From assembly GCF_035623875.1 (NCBI RefSeq), contig NZ_DASPSP010000018.1, forward strand, positions 8,244 through 72,243: DNA of 64,000 bases, in the 5' to 3' direction. Below the pieces are notes generated by a model, which worked only from the letters and a program-made list of their open reading frames with translations, was not told where the DNA came from and did not search any database. Positions 29,735 to 41,488 of the stretch are shown here, piece by piece. A program made the translations under genes and the position numbers. Within the stretch, counting starts at the first letter, position 1. Each line of letters opens with the position of its first letter. The stretch comes from Mycobacterium sp. (lineage in GTDB: Bacteria > Actinomycetota > Actinomycetes > Mycobacteriales > Mycobacteriaceae).

Positions 29735-30973
29735 GTGAGCCGCCGCAACGTCGACTTCCTGTGCGGGGTTGTGATCGTCGGGCTGCTCGCCGGGGTTGCC
29801 GGATTGTCGACAACATTGGTGTTGCGTTTCGTTGAGCATCTCACCTATCACTACACTTTCGGATCGCTGCTGCAGGGGGTCACCGGAAGCAGTCCGGTCC
29901 GTCGGGCTCTGGGGCCGATGGTTGGCGGGGCGCTGGCGGGGGTGGGCTGGTGGCTGCTGCGATCCAGAACCGAGATCCCGCCACTATCGGACGCCATCGC
30001 CCGGCGTGAGCGAATACGCCTGCTGCCCTTCGGTGTTGACGCGGCGCTGCAGGTACTACTGGTCGGTTCAGGTGCATCGTTGGGTCGGGAAGGTGCCCCC
30101 CGCCAGTTCGCTGCGGCCTTAGGCGATTTCGGTATGCGGTGGCTGAAACGGCTGTCGCCACAGGACCGTGAGATCCTGCTGGGCTGTGCGGCCGGCGCCG
30201 GCCTCGGCGCGGTGTACGCCGTGCCCCTCGGTGGTGCGTTGTTCGCGCTGCGCATCATGTTGAAAACCTGGCATCCCCGAGCGGTGGGTGCCGCGTTGAT
30301 CACCTCGAGCCTGGCCGTCGCCGTCGCTTCGTTGGTCACACACAATCAGCCGATCCTGAACTGGCCCCACCCGCACCTGTCTTACCTGCTGATCGTCTAT
30401 GCACTGCTATTGGCCCCGCTGACCCTCGTGGTGGGACTTGCGTTCAATCGCCTCGTGGCAGCGGCAGATCGGGCCGCGCTGACGCGATCCTGGTTGCTGA
30501 TCCCGGCGATCGCCGGCGCGGGATTGCTGATCGGTGTCTGCTCGCACTGGTGGCCCGAACTGCCCGGCAACGGCAAATCGATCCTGACCGCGACCATCGC
30601 CGGCGGGATGACCCTGACGACGGCGACGGCAGTTCTTGTTCTGAAACCCCTTCTGACGGCGGTGTTTCTGCGCGCCGGCGCGACGGGCGGGATGCTGACC
30701 CCGGCGCTGGCCACCGGCGCGGCGGCCGGGACGCTGTTCGTGCTGATCATCAACGCGGCGGCAGGAACCCACTTTCATGTTCAGGCAATCTCTTTGGCTG
30801 GTGCCGCCGGCGTGCTCGCAGTCACTCAACGCACACCGGTGTGGGCCGCGATCTTCGTCTGGGAACTCGCCCGGCCGCCGCTTTGGTTGTTCCTGGTTTT
30901 CCTAATTGCCGCCAGCGGCGCGTACGGACTCCAGTCGCTCTCTGAGCGCGGGTCGCGGCTAGTGCGCCCGTAG
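29735..30973 (+). CDS. CLC-family chloride channel/transporter
   Basis: LGREGAP, GLGAVYAVPLGGALF, ELPGNGK, GGMLTP; many TM segments; no CBS domains. Confidence 0.85.
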   Translation: MSRRNVDFLCGVVIVGLLAGVAGLSTTLVLRFVEHLTYHYTFGSLLQGVTGSSPVRRALGPMVGGALAGVGWWLLRSRTEIPPLSDAIARRERIRLLPFGVDAALQVLLVGSGASLGREGAPRQFAAALGDFGMRWLKRLSPQDREILLGCAAGAGLGAVYAVPLGGALFALRIMLKTWHPRAVGAALITSSLAVAVASLVTHNQPILNWPHPHLSYLLIVYALLLAPLTLVVGLAFNRLVAAADRAALTRSWLLIPAIAGAGLLIGVCSHWWPELPGNGKSILTATIAGGMTLTTATAVLVLKPLLTAVFLRAGATGGMLTPALATGAAAGTLFVLIINAAAGTHFHVQAISLAGAAGVLAVTQRTPVWAAIFVWELARPPLWLFLVFLIAASGAYGLQSLSERGSRLVRP

Positions 30974-31801
30974 CGTCCCGGTCAGATGCGGGTATCCCTT
31001 GGCGATGTTGCGCAAGCTGATATCCCAGCCGTCCTGGACCTGATCGACGTAGAGTCCCACCCTGGCGGGCAGCACCATCGGTTTGCCGAACCGCACCGAA
31101 TATGTCACAGCGTCGGGGAGTCCAGCCTCCAGATTCGCCAATACTGCTGCGGCGCTGAACATTCCGTGCGCGATGACGGTGGGAAAGCCGAACAACTTGG
31201 CCCCGATGGGATTGGTGTGGATCGGGTTGTGATCACCGCCGATCGCGGCGTAGCGGCGAATCTGGCCCGGCGTTATCCGTAGGATTGCTTTTGGCGCGGG
31301 CAGCTTGGGCTGCTTCTGCGGCGGTGGCTTGGGTTCGTCGGACAAGCTGGTGCGTTGCTGATGCAGGAAGGTCGTCACCTGGTGCCACGCCACGTCGTTG
31401 CCGACGCTGACATCGGTCACCAGGTCGACCAGCAGGCCCTTGCGGTGTTCACGCAAGTTTTCGGCGTGTACGGCGATATTGACAGCATCGGTCACCTTGA
31501 TCGGCCGGTATCGGGTGATGTGGTTTTCGGTATGGACGGATCCCATTGCGGGGAAGGGGAAGTCGAATCCGGTTACCAGCGACATCATGGTCGGGAAGGT
31601 CAACGCGAACGGATAGGTCAAGGGCACGGTGTCGCCGTAGCGGAGTCCGGTGACCGCAGCGTAGTCGGCCACGTTACCCCGGTCGATGGGCACGTCGTTG
31701 ACTGTCAGCGTCCTGCTGGGCAGGTGGTCACTGCGTGGCACAAACGGCAACGCGCCAGCCGCCGCGCGCAGCAGGTTTTTCAAGCCGCTTGGTTGCGTCA
31801 C
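30959..31801 (-). CDS. htdX: Double-hotdog 3-hydroxyacyl-thioester dehydratase (Rv0241c)
   Basis: GGDHNPIH...IAHGMF hydratase-2 motif; synteny. Confidence 0.92.
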   Translation of the reverse strand: MTQPSGLKNLLRAAAGALPFVPRSDHLPSRTLTVNDVPIDRGNVADYAAVTGLRYGDTVPLTYPFALTFPTMMSLVTGFDFPFPAMGSVHTENHITRYRPIKVTDAVNIAVHAENLREHRKGLLVDLVTDVSVGNDVAWHQVTTFLHQQRTSLSDEPKPPPQKQPKLPAPKAILRITPGQIRRYAAIGGDHNPIHTNPIGAKLFGFPTVIAHGMFSAAAVLANLEAGLPDAVTYSVRFGKPMVLPARVGLYVDQVQDGWDISLRNIAKGYPHLTGTLRAH

Positions 31802-31816
31802 TGCGATCCCTCTCAG

Positions 31817-33181
31817 CTAGGCGCCCAGCATAGCCTGGCCGCAGACCCGAATAACGTTGCCCGTCACAGCGTTTGATGCAGGGCTGGCGAAGTAGGCAAT
31901 GGTCTCGGCGACGTCCACCGGTTGCCCGCCTTGAAACAGCGAGTTCATCCGGCGGCCCACCTCGCGGGTGGCCAGCGGGATAGCCGCGGTCATCTGAGTT
32001 TCGATGAAGCCCGGCGCGACGGCGTTGATCGTGATGCCCTTGTCGGCGAGCTCCGGTGCCAGCGCCTGGGTCAACCCGATCATGCCCGCCTTGGTGGTGG
32101 CGTAGTTGGTCTGCCCGCGGTTGCCCGCGATGCCGGCCATTGACGACAGCCCGATTACCCGACCACCGTCCCCGATGGTGCCGTTGCCGACCAATCCTTC
32201 GGTAAGTCGTTGCGGCGCAAGCAGGTTGACTGCAAGAACGGCGTTCCAGCGGGCATCGTCCATGTTAGCCAACAGCTTGTCGCGAGTGATGCCGGCGTTG
32301 TTCACCAGAATGTCGGCCCGGCCGTTGTAATGCTCACGCAGATGTTCGGTGATCCGGTCGACGGCATCGCCTGCGGTGACGTCGAGAGTCAGCGCCGTCC
32401 CGCCGATGCGGGCGGCGGTGTCGGCGAGGGCCTCGGCGGCCGCCTCCACGTCGACCGCGATGACTCGGGCCCCGTCACGGGCGAATACGTCTGCGATCGT
32501 TGCGCCGATACCCCGTGCGGCACCGGTCACGATGCCCACCTTGCCGTCCAGCGGCCGGTCCCAGTCGGCCGGCGGAGTGGAGTCGGCCGCGCCGACGTAG
32601 AACACCTGCCCGTCCACGTAGGCCGATTTGGCCGACAGGATGAAGCGCAGGGTCGATTCTGCGCCGGTAGCGGCTGGTTTGGCGTCGGGCGACAGGTAGA
32701 CCAGCGCGACGGTGGCGCCCCGGAGCAGTTCCTTGCCCAGCGAGCGGGTGAAGCCCTCCAGCGCCCGCTGCGCGATCCGCTCGTCGGTGCTCCCGGCTTG
32801 GTCCGGGGTGGTTCCGACGACGACGATGCGGCCGGAGGGCCCGACGTTGCGCAGCAGCGGAGTGAAGAACTCATGCAGCCCCTTCAACCGGGCCGGCGTA
32901 GTGATACCGGTGGCGTCGAAAACCAGCCCACCGAACGAATCGGCCCACCGACCGCCGAGATTGGCGCCCACCACGTCGTAATCCTTGTCCAGCGCTGCTC
33001 GCAGCGGCTCGACAACCCGGCCCTCACCGCCGATCAGCAGGGATCCGGCCAGCGGCGGATCACCGGCCCGATAACGCCGCAGTTTCTCGGGCCGCGGAAC
33101 GCCGAGTTGCTTGGCAAGGAACGAGCCGGGCCCGGAGTTGACGACTTGGGACAATAGATCGGGTGAAACCTTCGGGGCCAC
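31817..33181 (-). CDS. fabG4: 3-oxoacyl-thioester reductase FabG4 (Rv0242c)
   Basis: N-terminal flavodoxin-like domain plus [21 protein letters not shown]. Confidence 0.95.
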   Translation of the reverse strand: MAPKVSPDLLSQVVNSGPGSFLAKQLGVPRPEKLRRYRAGDPPLAGSLLIGGEGRVVEPLRAALDKDYDVVGANLGGRWADSFGGLVFDATGITTPARLKGLHEFFTPLLRNVGPSGRIVVVGTTPDQAGSTDERIAQRALEGFTRSLGKELLRGATVALVYLSPDAKPAATGAESTLRFILSAKSAYVDGQVFYVGAADSTPPADWDRPLDGKVGIVTGAARGIGATIADVFARDGARVIAVDVEAAAEALADTAARIGGTALTLDVTAGDAVDRITEHLREHYNGRADILVNNAGITRDKLLANMDDARWNAVLAVNLLAPQRLTEGLVGNGTIGDGGRVIGLSSMAGIAGNRGQTNYATTKAGMIGLTQALAPELADKGITINAVAPGFIETQMTAAIPLATREVGRRMNSLFQGGQPVDVAETIAYFASPASNAVTGNVIRVCGQAMLGA

Positions 33182-33237
33182 TGAGTTGCCTTCCATATCG
33201 CGCGTGTTATCTGTCGACTACCGTATCGAAGAGCGAA

Positions 33238-33253
33238 CTTACTCCAGAGTAAG
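33238..33253. promoter_or_regulatory. Palindrome CTTACTCCAGAGTAAG, putative FdmR operator
   Basis: TTAC-n6-GTAA between divergent fabG4 and fadA2; the same spacing recurs upstream of fadE5. Confidence 0.65.
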
Positions 33254-33308
33254 AACAGTAGGTAGTATGACCCCCAGCCGTGGATAACCCCAACCGACGG
33301 AGATAACC

Positions 33309-34631
33309 GTGACTTCTGAAAGTTCCATGCGCCGCGTCGCGGTGCTCGGTGGCAATCGAATCCCGTTCGCGCGCTCGGACCGCGCCTACGCCGAGGCGTC
33401 CAACCAGGACATGTTCACTGCCACCCTGGGTGGGCTGGTCGACCGGTTCGGTCTTGCCGGCGAGCGTTTGGGCGCGGTGATCGGTGGCGCGGTGCTCAAG
33501 CACAGCCGTGACTTCAACCTCATGCGCGAATGCGTGCTCGGCTCAGCGCTGTCGTCCTACACGCCGGCGTTCGACCTGCAGCAGGCCTGTGGCACCGGGT
33601 TGCAGGCGGCGATCGCCGCGGCCGACGGCATCGCCTCCGGCCGCTACGAGGTCGCCGTCGCCGGCGGGGTGGACACCACCTCGGATGCGCCGATTGGCTT
33701 GGGCGACAACCTGCGTCGCACCCTGCTGGGACTACGCCGGTCAAAGTCGAACGTCGAGCGGCTGAAGCTGGTCGGCAAGCTTCCGGCCAGTCTCGGGGTG
33801 GAGATTCCGGTGAACAGCGAGCCACGCACCGGACTGTCGATGGGCGAGCACCAGGCCATCACCGCCAAGCAGATGGGCATCAAGCGGGTCGACCAGGATG
33901 AGTTGGCCGTCGCCAGCCACCGCAACATGGCGGCCGCTTACGACCGCGGCTTCTTCGACGACCTGGTCACTCCGTTCTTGGGCTTGTACCGCGACGACAA
34001 CCTGCGGCCTGACGCGTCTCTGGACAAGTTGGCCAATCTCAAGCCGGTATTCGGGGTGAAGTCCGGCGACGCCACCATGACGGCCGGCAACTCGACACCG
34101 CTGACTGACGGCGCTTCGGTGGCGTTACTGGCAAGCGAAGACTGGGCCGCCGAGCACTCGCTGACGCCGCTGGCCTACTTCGTCGACGCCGAGACGGCAT
34201 CGGTGGATTACGTCACCGGCGCCGATGGCCTGTTGATGGCGCCGACGTACGCGGTGCCACGACTGCTGGCGCGCAACGGACTCAGCCTGCAGGACTTCGA
34301 CTTCTATGAAATCCACGAGGCGTTCGCCTCGGTGGTGCTGGCGCACTTGCAGGCCTGGGAGTCCGAGGAGTACTGCAAGGAGCGGCTGGGCTTAGACGCC
34401 GCGCTGGGGCCCATCGACCGGTCCAAGCTCAACGTCAACGGGTCCTCGCTGGCCGCCGGTCACCCGTTTGCCGCCACCGGCGGGCGCATCCTGGCGCAGC
34501 TGGCGAAGCAACTTACCGAGGCCGCAAAAGCCAGGGCCAAGCAGACGGGGGCGGTAGGCAAGCCGGTGCGCGGGCTGATCTCCATTTGCGCCGCCGGTGG
34601 CCAAGGCGTCGCCGCCATCCTGGAGGCCTGA
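33309..34631 (+). CDS. fadA2: Acetyl-CoA acyltransferase (thiolase) FadA2 (Rv0243)
   Basis: QQACGTG, HEAFA, GHPFAATG, ICAAGGQG. Confidence 0.95.
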   Translation: MTSESSMRRVAVLGGNRIPFARSDRAYAEASNQDMFTATLGGLVDRFGLAGERLGAVIGGAVLKHSRDFNLMRECVLGSALSSYTPAFDLQQACGTGLQAAIAAADGIASGRYEVAVAGGVDTTSDAPIGLGDNLRRTLLGLRRSKSNVERLKLVGKLPASLGVEIPVNSEPRTGLSMGEHQAITAKQMGIKRVDQDELAVASHRNMAAAYDRGFFDDLVTPFLGLYRDDNLRPDASLDKLANLKPVFGVKSGDATMTAGNSTPLTDGASVALLASEDWAAEHSLTPLAYFVDAETASVDYVTGADGLLMAPTYAVPRLLARNGLSLQDFDFYEIHEAFASVVLAHLQAWESEEYCKERLGLDAALGPIDRSKLNVNGSSLAAGHPFAATGGRILAQLAKQLTEAAKARAKQTGAVGKPVRGLISICAAGGQGVAAILEA

Positions 34632-34830
34632 CCGGCGTCATCGCGCTGTTTAGCGTCGGCGCCTTCCGGGTACCCCACCATCGGATAGCTCCGTGTTGTC
34701 GTCAGACCCCCGACCCGATGGCAGCGCGGGGCGTCCTTGAATCGGCCGTAGGCCTGTTCACAGGCGTCGGCCGAGGGGGGCCGCCGACGGAATGAGGGGA
34801 TCCCGCGGCGGCCCCTTCCCTAGCCTCAAG

Positions 34831-34869
34831 GCAAAATCCCCCGTCTTCGACGAGAACGGGGGATTTTGC
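34831..34869. terminator. Intrinsic terminator hairpin between convergent fadA2 and fadE5
   Basis: Perfect 14-bp stem GCAAAATCCCCCGT / ACGGGGGATTTTGC with 11-nt loop. Confidence 0.75.
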
Positions 34870-34964
34870 TATTCAGTTTGGCGTCAGAAGGCCGATTAGC
34901 CGACTCACCCCTCGCTAGCGGGACGTGCCCCCCTCAGCCGCTGTTGCGGCTGCATCGTCTTCGC

Positions 34965-36800
34965 CTAGAAGGCGGCTTCGTCGAGCTCCATGACGTCATT
35001 GTCGATCGTGTCCAACACCTGGCGGGTGCTGGTCAACAGCGGCAGGAAGTTCTTCGCGAAGAACGACGCGACCGCGATCTTGCCCTCGTAGAAGGCCCGG
35101 TCAGCGTCGCTGACACCGGCGTCGAGCGCCTCCAGGGCCACCACGGCCTGACGCTGCAGCAGCCAGCCGATGACCAGGTCGCCGACGCTCATCAGGAAGC
35201 GCACCGAACCCAGCCCCACCTTGTAGATGCTGGAAATGTCGTCCTGCGCGGCCATCAGGTAGCCGGTCAGCGTCGCAGCCATCGCCTGCACGTCGGCCAG
35301 GGCGGTGGCCAGCAGCGCACGCTCGGCCTTCAGCCGGCCGTTGCCGGACTCGTTCTTGACGAACTCCTCGATCTGCCCCGACACGTGGGCCAGCGCCACA
35401 CCCTTGTCGCGGACGATCTTCCGGAAGAAGAAGTCCTGCGCCTGGATGGCCGTGGTGCCCTCGTAGAGCGAGTCGATCTTGGCGTCGCGGATGTACTGCT
35501 CGATGGGGTAATCCTGCAGGAAGCCGGACCCACCGAAGGTCTGCAGGCTCTCGGTGAGCTTGGCGTAGGCCTGCTCGGAGCCGACACCCTTGACGACCGG
35601 CAGCATCAAGTCGTTGACCTTGACCGCCAAATCGGCGTCCACACCGTGCACTGCCTTGGCCACCGCCGCGTCCTGGTAGGTCGCGGTGTAGGTGTACAGC
35701 GCACGCAGACCCTCGGCGTAGGCCTTCTGGGTCATCAGGCTGCGACGCACGTCCGGGTGGTGGGTGATGGTCACCCGCGGAGCGCTCTTGTCGGTCATCT
35801 GGGTCAGGTCGGCGCCCTGCACACGCTCCTTGGCATACGCCAGGGCGTTGAGGTAGCCGGTGGACAGCGTCGCGATGGCCTTGGTGCCGACCATCATGCG
35901 GGCCTGCTCGATGACCTCGAACATCTGCGCGATGCCGTTGTGCACCTCGCCGACCAGCCAGCCCTTGGCCGGGACGCCGTGCTGACCGAAGGTCAGTTCA
36001 CAGGTCGCGGAGACCTTCAGGCCCATCTTGTGCTCGACGTTGGTCACGAAGACGCCGTTGCGCTCGCCCAGCTCGCCGGTCTCGAAGTCGAACAGCACCT
36101 TGGGCACGAAGAACAGGGACAGGCCCTTGGTACCGGGCCCGGCGCCCTCGGGGCGAGCGAGCACCAGGTGGAAGATGTTCTCGAACAGGTCATCGGAGTC
36201 GGCGGACGTGATGAAGCGCTTCACGCCGTCGATGTGCCACGAGCCGTCGGCCTGCGGGATCGCCTTGGTCCGGCCGGCGCCGACGTCCGAACCAGCGTCC
36301 GGCTCGGTGAGCACCATGGTCGAACCCCAACCGCGCTCGGCGGCCAGCACGGCCCATTTCTTCTGCTCTTCGGTGCCCAGGTGGTGCAAGATCTGGGCGA
36401 ATCCGGCGCCGCCGGCGTACATCCAAACTGCCGGGTTGGCGCCGAGCAGGTGTTCGTGCAGCGCCCACAACAGCGCCTTGGGCATCGGCATGCCGCCCAG
36501 CGCCTCGTCGAGGCCGACCTTGTCCCAACCGGCCTCGATGACTGCGCGCACCGACTCCTTGAAGCTCTCGGGCAGCGTCACGGAATGAGTTTCTGGGTCA
36601 AAGACCGGGGGATTGCGGTCACCCTCGACAAAGGACTCGGCGACCGGACCTTCGGCCAGCCGGCTGATTTCCATCAGCATTTCGCGGGCAGTGTTGGCGT
36701 CCAGATCGCTGAACGCACCGTCGCCGAATGACTTGTCAACGCCGAGGACCTCAAAGAGGTTGAATACCTGGTCGCGGACGTTGCTCTTGTAGTGGCTCAC
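34965..36800 (-). CDS. fadE5: Acyl-CoA dehydrogenase FadE5 (Rv0244c)
   Basis: [47 protein letters not shown]. Confidence 0.95.
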   Translation of the reverse strand: MSHYKSNVRDQVFNLFEVLGVDKSFGDGAFSDLDANTAREMLMEISRLAEGPVAESFVEGDRNPPVFDPETHSVTLPESFKESVRAVIEAGWDKVGLDEALGGMPMPKALLWALHEHLLGANPAVWMYAGGAGFAQILHHLGTEEQKKWAVLAAERGWGSTMVLTEPDAGSDVGAGRTKAIPQADGSWHIDGVKRFITSADSDDLFENIFHLVLARPEGAGPGTKGLSLFFVPKVLFDFETGELGERNGVFVTNVEHKMGLKVSATCELTFGQHGVPAKGWLVGEVHNGIAQMFEVIEQARMMVGTKAIATLSTGYLNALAYAKERVQGADLTQMTDKSAPRVTITHHPDVRRSLMTQKAYAEGLRALYTYTATYQDAAVAKAVHGVDADLAVKVNDLMLPVVKGVGSEQAYAKLTESLQTFGGSGFLQDYPIEQYIRDAKIDSLYEGTTAIQAQDFFFRKIVRDKGVALAHVSGQIEEFVKNESGNGRLKAERALLATALADVQAMAATLTGYLMAAQDDISSIYKVGLGSVRFLMSVGDLVIGWLLQRQAVVALEALDAGVSDADRAFYEGKIAVASFFAKNFLPLLTSTRQVLDTIDNDVMELDEAAF

Positions 36801-36850
36801 TGGTTCCTCCTCGATGAGAACGCCACTCTTGGTTGAGTACCCAAAGCTAA

Positions 36851-36892
36851 GTTACCCACCAGTAACACCGTTAAAGTATACCCATCAGTAAC
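36851..36892. promoter_or_regulatory. Two TTAC-n6-GTAA-type sites upstream of fadE5 (putative FdmR operators)
   Basis: GTTACCCACCAGTAAC (36851-36866) and degenerate ATACCCATCAGTAAC (36878-36892). Confidence 0.6.
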
Positions 36893-37001
36893 CGGATGCA
36901 ACCGACTGTGAGCTAAATTTCATTGTCTAATTAACCAACCAGTTGGGTTCGCGCTGATCGAGATCGTGGCATACCGCTTCACCTGCGGCGATGATGGATA
37001 G

Positions 37002-38530
<1,529 letters not shown>

Positions 38531-38538
38531 CTCTTCGG

Positions 38539-38700
38539 TCAGGGGCGCTTGCCGAGTTCGTCTCGGTAGCCCTGGATGCGACGCTCGAGTTCCGCCACGT
38601 CCTGCTCACGTCTCTCCTTGTGCGCCAGTGCGGCGCGCACCGAAAGTTCGCGGATCGCCGTTCGAATGTCGTTGATGCTGGCGGGTTGTCGGATAGCCAT
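38539..38700 (-). CDS. Small hypothetical helical protein, 53 aa
   Basis: Not in ORF track; GGAAAGG RBS, MAIRQPASINDIRTAIRELSVRAALAHKERREQDVAELERRIQGYRDELGKRP. Confidence 0.6.
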   Translation of the reverse strand: MAIRQPASINDIRTAIRELSVRAALAHKERREQDVAELERRIQGYRDELGKRP

Positions 38701-38721
38701 GCCGACCGCCTTTCCGGTTGC

Positions 38722-38741
38722 AGCGGGGCAGCCGCCCCGCT
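38722..38741 (-). terminator. GC-rich hairpin downstream of sdhB
   Basis: AGCGGGGC-AGCC-GCCCCGCT, 8-bp stem, no U-tract. Confidence 0.5.
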
Positions 38742-38786
38742 CGCGTCGAATACCCGGATCAGCGGTGGCCTAACACCTACTGCTCG

Positions 38787-39533
38787 TCAGCGGCGGAACA
38801 GCTTGTTACCCAGCCACACAACCGGATCGTATCTGCGGTCAGCGACTCGTTCCTTCATCGGAATCAGGGCGTTGTCGGTGATCTTGATGCTCTCGGGGCA
38901 GACCTCCGTGCAGCACTTGGTGATGTTGCAGTATCCGAGGCCGTGCTCCTCCTGCGCCTGGTTTCGCCGGTCCAGTGTGTCCAGCGGATGCATCTCCAAC
39001 TCCGCGATCCGCATCAAAAAGCGCGGGCCGGCAAACGCCTTCTTGTTCTCGTCGTGGTCGCGGATCACGTGGCAGACGTTGTTGCACAGGAAGCATTCGA
39101 TGCACTTGCGGAACTCCTGAGAACGCTGCACATCCTCCTGCGCCATCCGGTACTCGCCAGGCTGAAGATCCTTCGGTGGCGCGAATGACGGGATTTCCCT
39201 GGCCTTTTCGTAGTTGAACGAGACGTCGGTGACCAGATCGCGGATCACCGGGAACGTCCGGATCGGCGTCACGGTAACGACTTCGTCTTCGGCGAAGGTC
39301 GACATCCGCGTCATACACATCAATCGGGGCTTGCCGTTGACCTCCGCTGAGCACGACCCACACTTGCCGGCCTTGCAATTCCACCGCACCGCCAGGTCCG
39401 GCGTCTGGGTCTGCTGCAGGCGGTGGATGATGTCGAGCACCACCTCGCCCTCGTTGACCTCCACGGTGAAGTCCTGCAATCCACCACCGGACTCGTCGCC
39501 GCGCCATACCCGCATGGTTGCGTTGTAGCTCAT
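38787..39533 (-). CDS. sdhB: Succinate dehydrogenase 1 iron-sulfur subunit (Rv0247c)
   Basis: CKAGKCGSC, CIECFLC, CNITKCCTEVCP; start MSYNATMRVWRG overlaps the sdhA stop. Confidence 0.95.
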   Translation of the reverse strand: MSYNATMRVWRGDESGGGLQDFTVEVNEGEVVLDIIHRLQQTQTPDLAVRWNCKAGKCGSCSAEVNGKPRLMCMTRMSTFAEDEVVTVTPIRTFPVIRDLVTDVSFNYEKAREIPSFAPPKDLQPGEYRMAQEDVQRSQEFRKCIECFLCNNVCHVIRDHDENKKAFAGPRFLMRIAELEMHPLDTLDRRNQAQEEHGLGYCNITKCCTEVCPESIKITDNALIPMKERVADRRYDPVVWLGNKLFRR

Positions 39534-41449
39534 CAGCCTCTCCGTCCTGGGTGGTCGGCCAGCTCTTCGGCGGTGTAGTACTTCTCCAATTCGGAGATCT
39601 CGAACACCTCCAGCAGATCGGGTCGCATCGGCACCTGGTCTTTGTGAGTGACCGAGATGTCCGGGATGACGTCGTCGCCGCCTGCCGCCCTGCAGACCAG
39701 CAATACCTTGCGCCACGACGAGTCCATCGACGGATGGTCGTCGCGGGTGTGGCCGCCGCGGCTTTCGGTGCGCTCCAACGCAGCCTTGGCGACGCATTCG
39801 CTGACCAGCAGCAGGTTTCGCAGGTCGATGGCCAGGTTCCAGCCGGGGTTGTATTGCCGGTGGCCCTCGACGTGGATGTTCTTGAACCGTTCGCGAAGCT
39901 GGTCGAGCCGGCTGAGGGCCTCGGTGATCTCGTCCGCCTTGCGGATGATGCCCACCAGATCGTTCATCGACTGCTGCAGCTCCAACTGCAACGTGTAGGG
40001 GTTCTCCGCGGTGGCGCCGTTGGTCGGGGTCTCGAAGGGGGCCAGCGCCCGTTTGGCCGCCGCGTCGATGTCGTCGTCGGAGACTTTCGGACGGCTGCTG
40101 AGCGCCCGCACATAGTCGGCGGCGCCCAGGCCGGCCCGACGGCCGAAGACCAGCAGGTCGGACAGCGAGTTGCCGCCTAGCCGGTTGGACCCGTGCATGC
40201 CGCCGGAGCACTCGCCGGCGGCGAACAACCCGGGGACCGTGGCGGCACCGGTGTCGGCGTCCACCTCGATACCGCCCATCACGTAATGGCAGGTCGGCCC
40301 GACTTCCATGGCCTCTTCGGTGATGTCGACCCCGGCCAGCTCCTTGAACTGGTGATACATCGACGGCAGTCGCCGCTTGATCTCCTCGGGTGTCAGCCGC
40401 GACGCGATGTCGAGGTAGACGCCGCCGTGCGGGGTGCCGCGACCGGCCTTGACTTCGGAGTTGATCGCGCGTGCGACCTCGTCGCGGGGTAGCAGGTCCG
40501 GAGTGCGACGGGCCGAGTCATTGTCTTTGAGCCACTGGTCGGCCTCTTGCTCGGTCTCGGCGTATTGACCTTTGAACACCGGCGGGATGTAGTCGAACAT
40601 GAACCGGGTTTGGTCGGAGTTCTTGAGCACCCCGCCGTCGCCGCGCACGCCCTCGGTGACCAGGATGCCCTTCACGCTGGGCGGCCACACCATGCCGGTC
40701 GGGTGGAACTGGACGAACTCCATGTTGATCAATGTCGCGCCGGCGCGCAGCGCCAGAGCGTGGCCGTCACCGGTGTACTCCCAGGAGTTCGAGGTGACCT
40801 TGAACGACTTGCCGATTCCGCCGGTGGCCATGACCACCGCCGGGGCCTCGAACAAGACGAAGCGGCCGCTTTCGCGCCAATAGCCGAATGCACCGGAGAT
40901 CCGCCCCCCGTCTTTGACGAGTTCGGTGATCGTGCACTCGGCGAAGACCTTGATCCGGGCCTCGTAGTCACCGACTTCGGCAAAATCCTCCTGCTGAAGC
41001 GAGACGATCTTCTGCTGCAACGTGCGGATCAACTCCAGGCCGGTGCGGTCACCGACGTGCGCCAGTCGCGGGTAGGTGTGCCCGCCGAAGTTGCGCTGAC
41101 TGATTTTTCCGTCTTTGGTGCGGTCGAACAGCGCGCCGTAAGTCTCCAGTTCCCAAACCCGGTCGGGTGCCTCCTGGGCGTGCAGCTCGGCCATCCGCCA
41201 GTTGTTCAGGAACTTCCCGCCGCGCATGGTGTCGCCGAAGTGGACCCGCCAGTTGTCCTTCGGGTTGGCGTTCCCCATCGCGGCCGCGGCGCCGCCCTCG
41301 GCCATCACCGTGTGGGCCTTGCCGAACAGCGACTTACACACCACCGCAACCTTGAGGCCGCGTTCCCGCGCCTCGATGACTGCGCGCAAACCTGCGCCGC
41401 CGGCACCGATCACGACCACGTCGTAGGAGTGCCGTTCGACCTCAGTCAT
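39533..41449 (-). CDS. sdhA: Succinate dehydrogenase 1 flavoprotein (Rv0248c)
   Basis: GAGGAG, AHTVMAEGG, QFHPTG, HYVMGG, HGSNRLGGNSL, RTESRGGH. Confidence 0.95.
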   Translation of the reverse strand: MTEVERHSYDVVVIGAGGAGLRAVIEARERGLKVAVVCKSLFGKAHTVMAEGGAAAAMGNANPKDNWRVHFGDTMRGGKFLNNWRMAELHAQEAPDRVWELETYGALFDRTKDGKISQRNFGGHTYPRLAHVGDRTGLELIRTLQQKIVSLQQEDFAEVGDYEARIKVFAECTITELVKDGGRISGAFGYWRESGRFVLFEAPAVVMATGGIGKSFKVTSNSWEYTGDGHALALRAGATLINMEFVQFHPTGMVWPPSVKGILVTEGVRGDGGVLKNSDQTRFMFDYIPPVFKGQYAETEQEADQWLKDNDSARRTPDLLPRDEVARAINSEVKAGRGTPHGGVYLDIASRLTPEEIKRRLPSMYHQFKELAGVDITEEAMEVGPTCHYVMGGIEVDADTGAATVPGLFAAGECSGGMHGSNRLGGNSLSDLLVFGRRAGLGAADYVRALSSRPKVSDDDIDAAAKRALAPFETPTNGATAENPYTLQLELQQSMNDLVGIIRKADEITEALSRLDQLRERFKNIHVEGHRQYNPGWNLAIDLRNLLLVSECVAKAALERTESRGGHTRDDHPSMDSSWRKVLLVCRAAGGDDVIPDISVTHKDQVPMRPDLLEVFEISELEKYYTAEELADHPGRRG

Positions 41450-41488
41450 GGAACCTCACTCAACTTTCTGATATCCGTAAACGGCTTC

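Noticed and set aside
34632-34830. 200-bp GC-rich gap after fadA2 as a possible sRNA or small gene
   Set aside because: No convincing ORF, promoter or known RNA motif; only the terminator at 34831-34869 is supported.
34866-36731. 621-aa plus-strand ORF
   Set aside because: Antisense shadow of fadE5; no recognisable motifs, expected in high-GC DNA.
38787-40211. 474-aa ORF suggesting an N-terminally extended SdhB
   Set aside because: The upstream part is an alternative frame within sdhA; the true start is the ATG at 39533 coupled to the sdhA stop.
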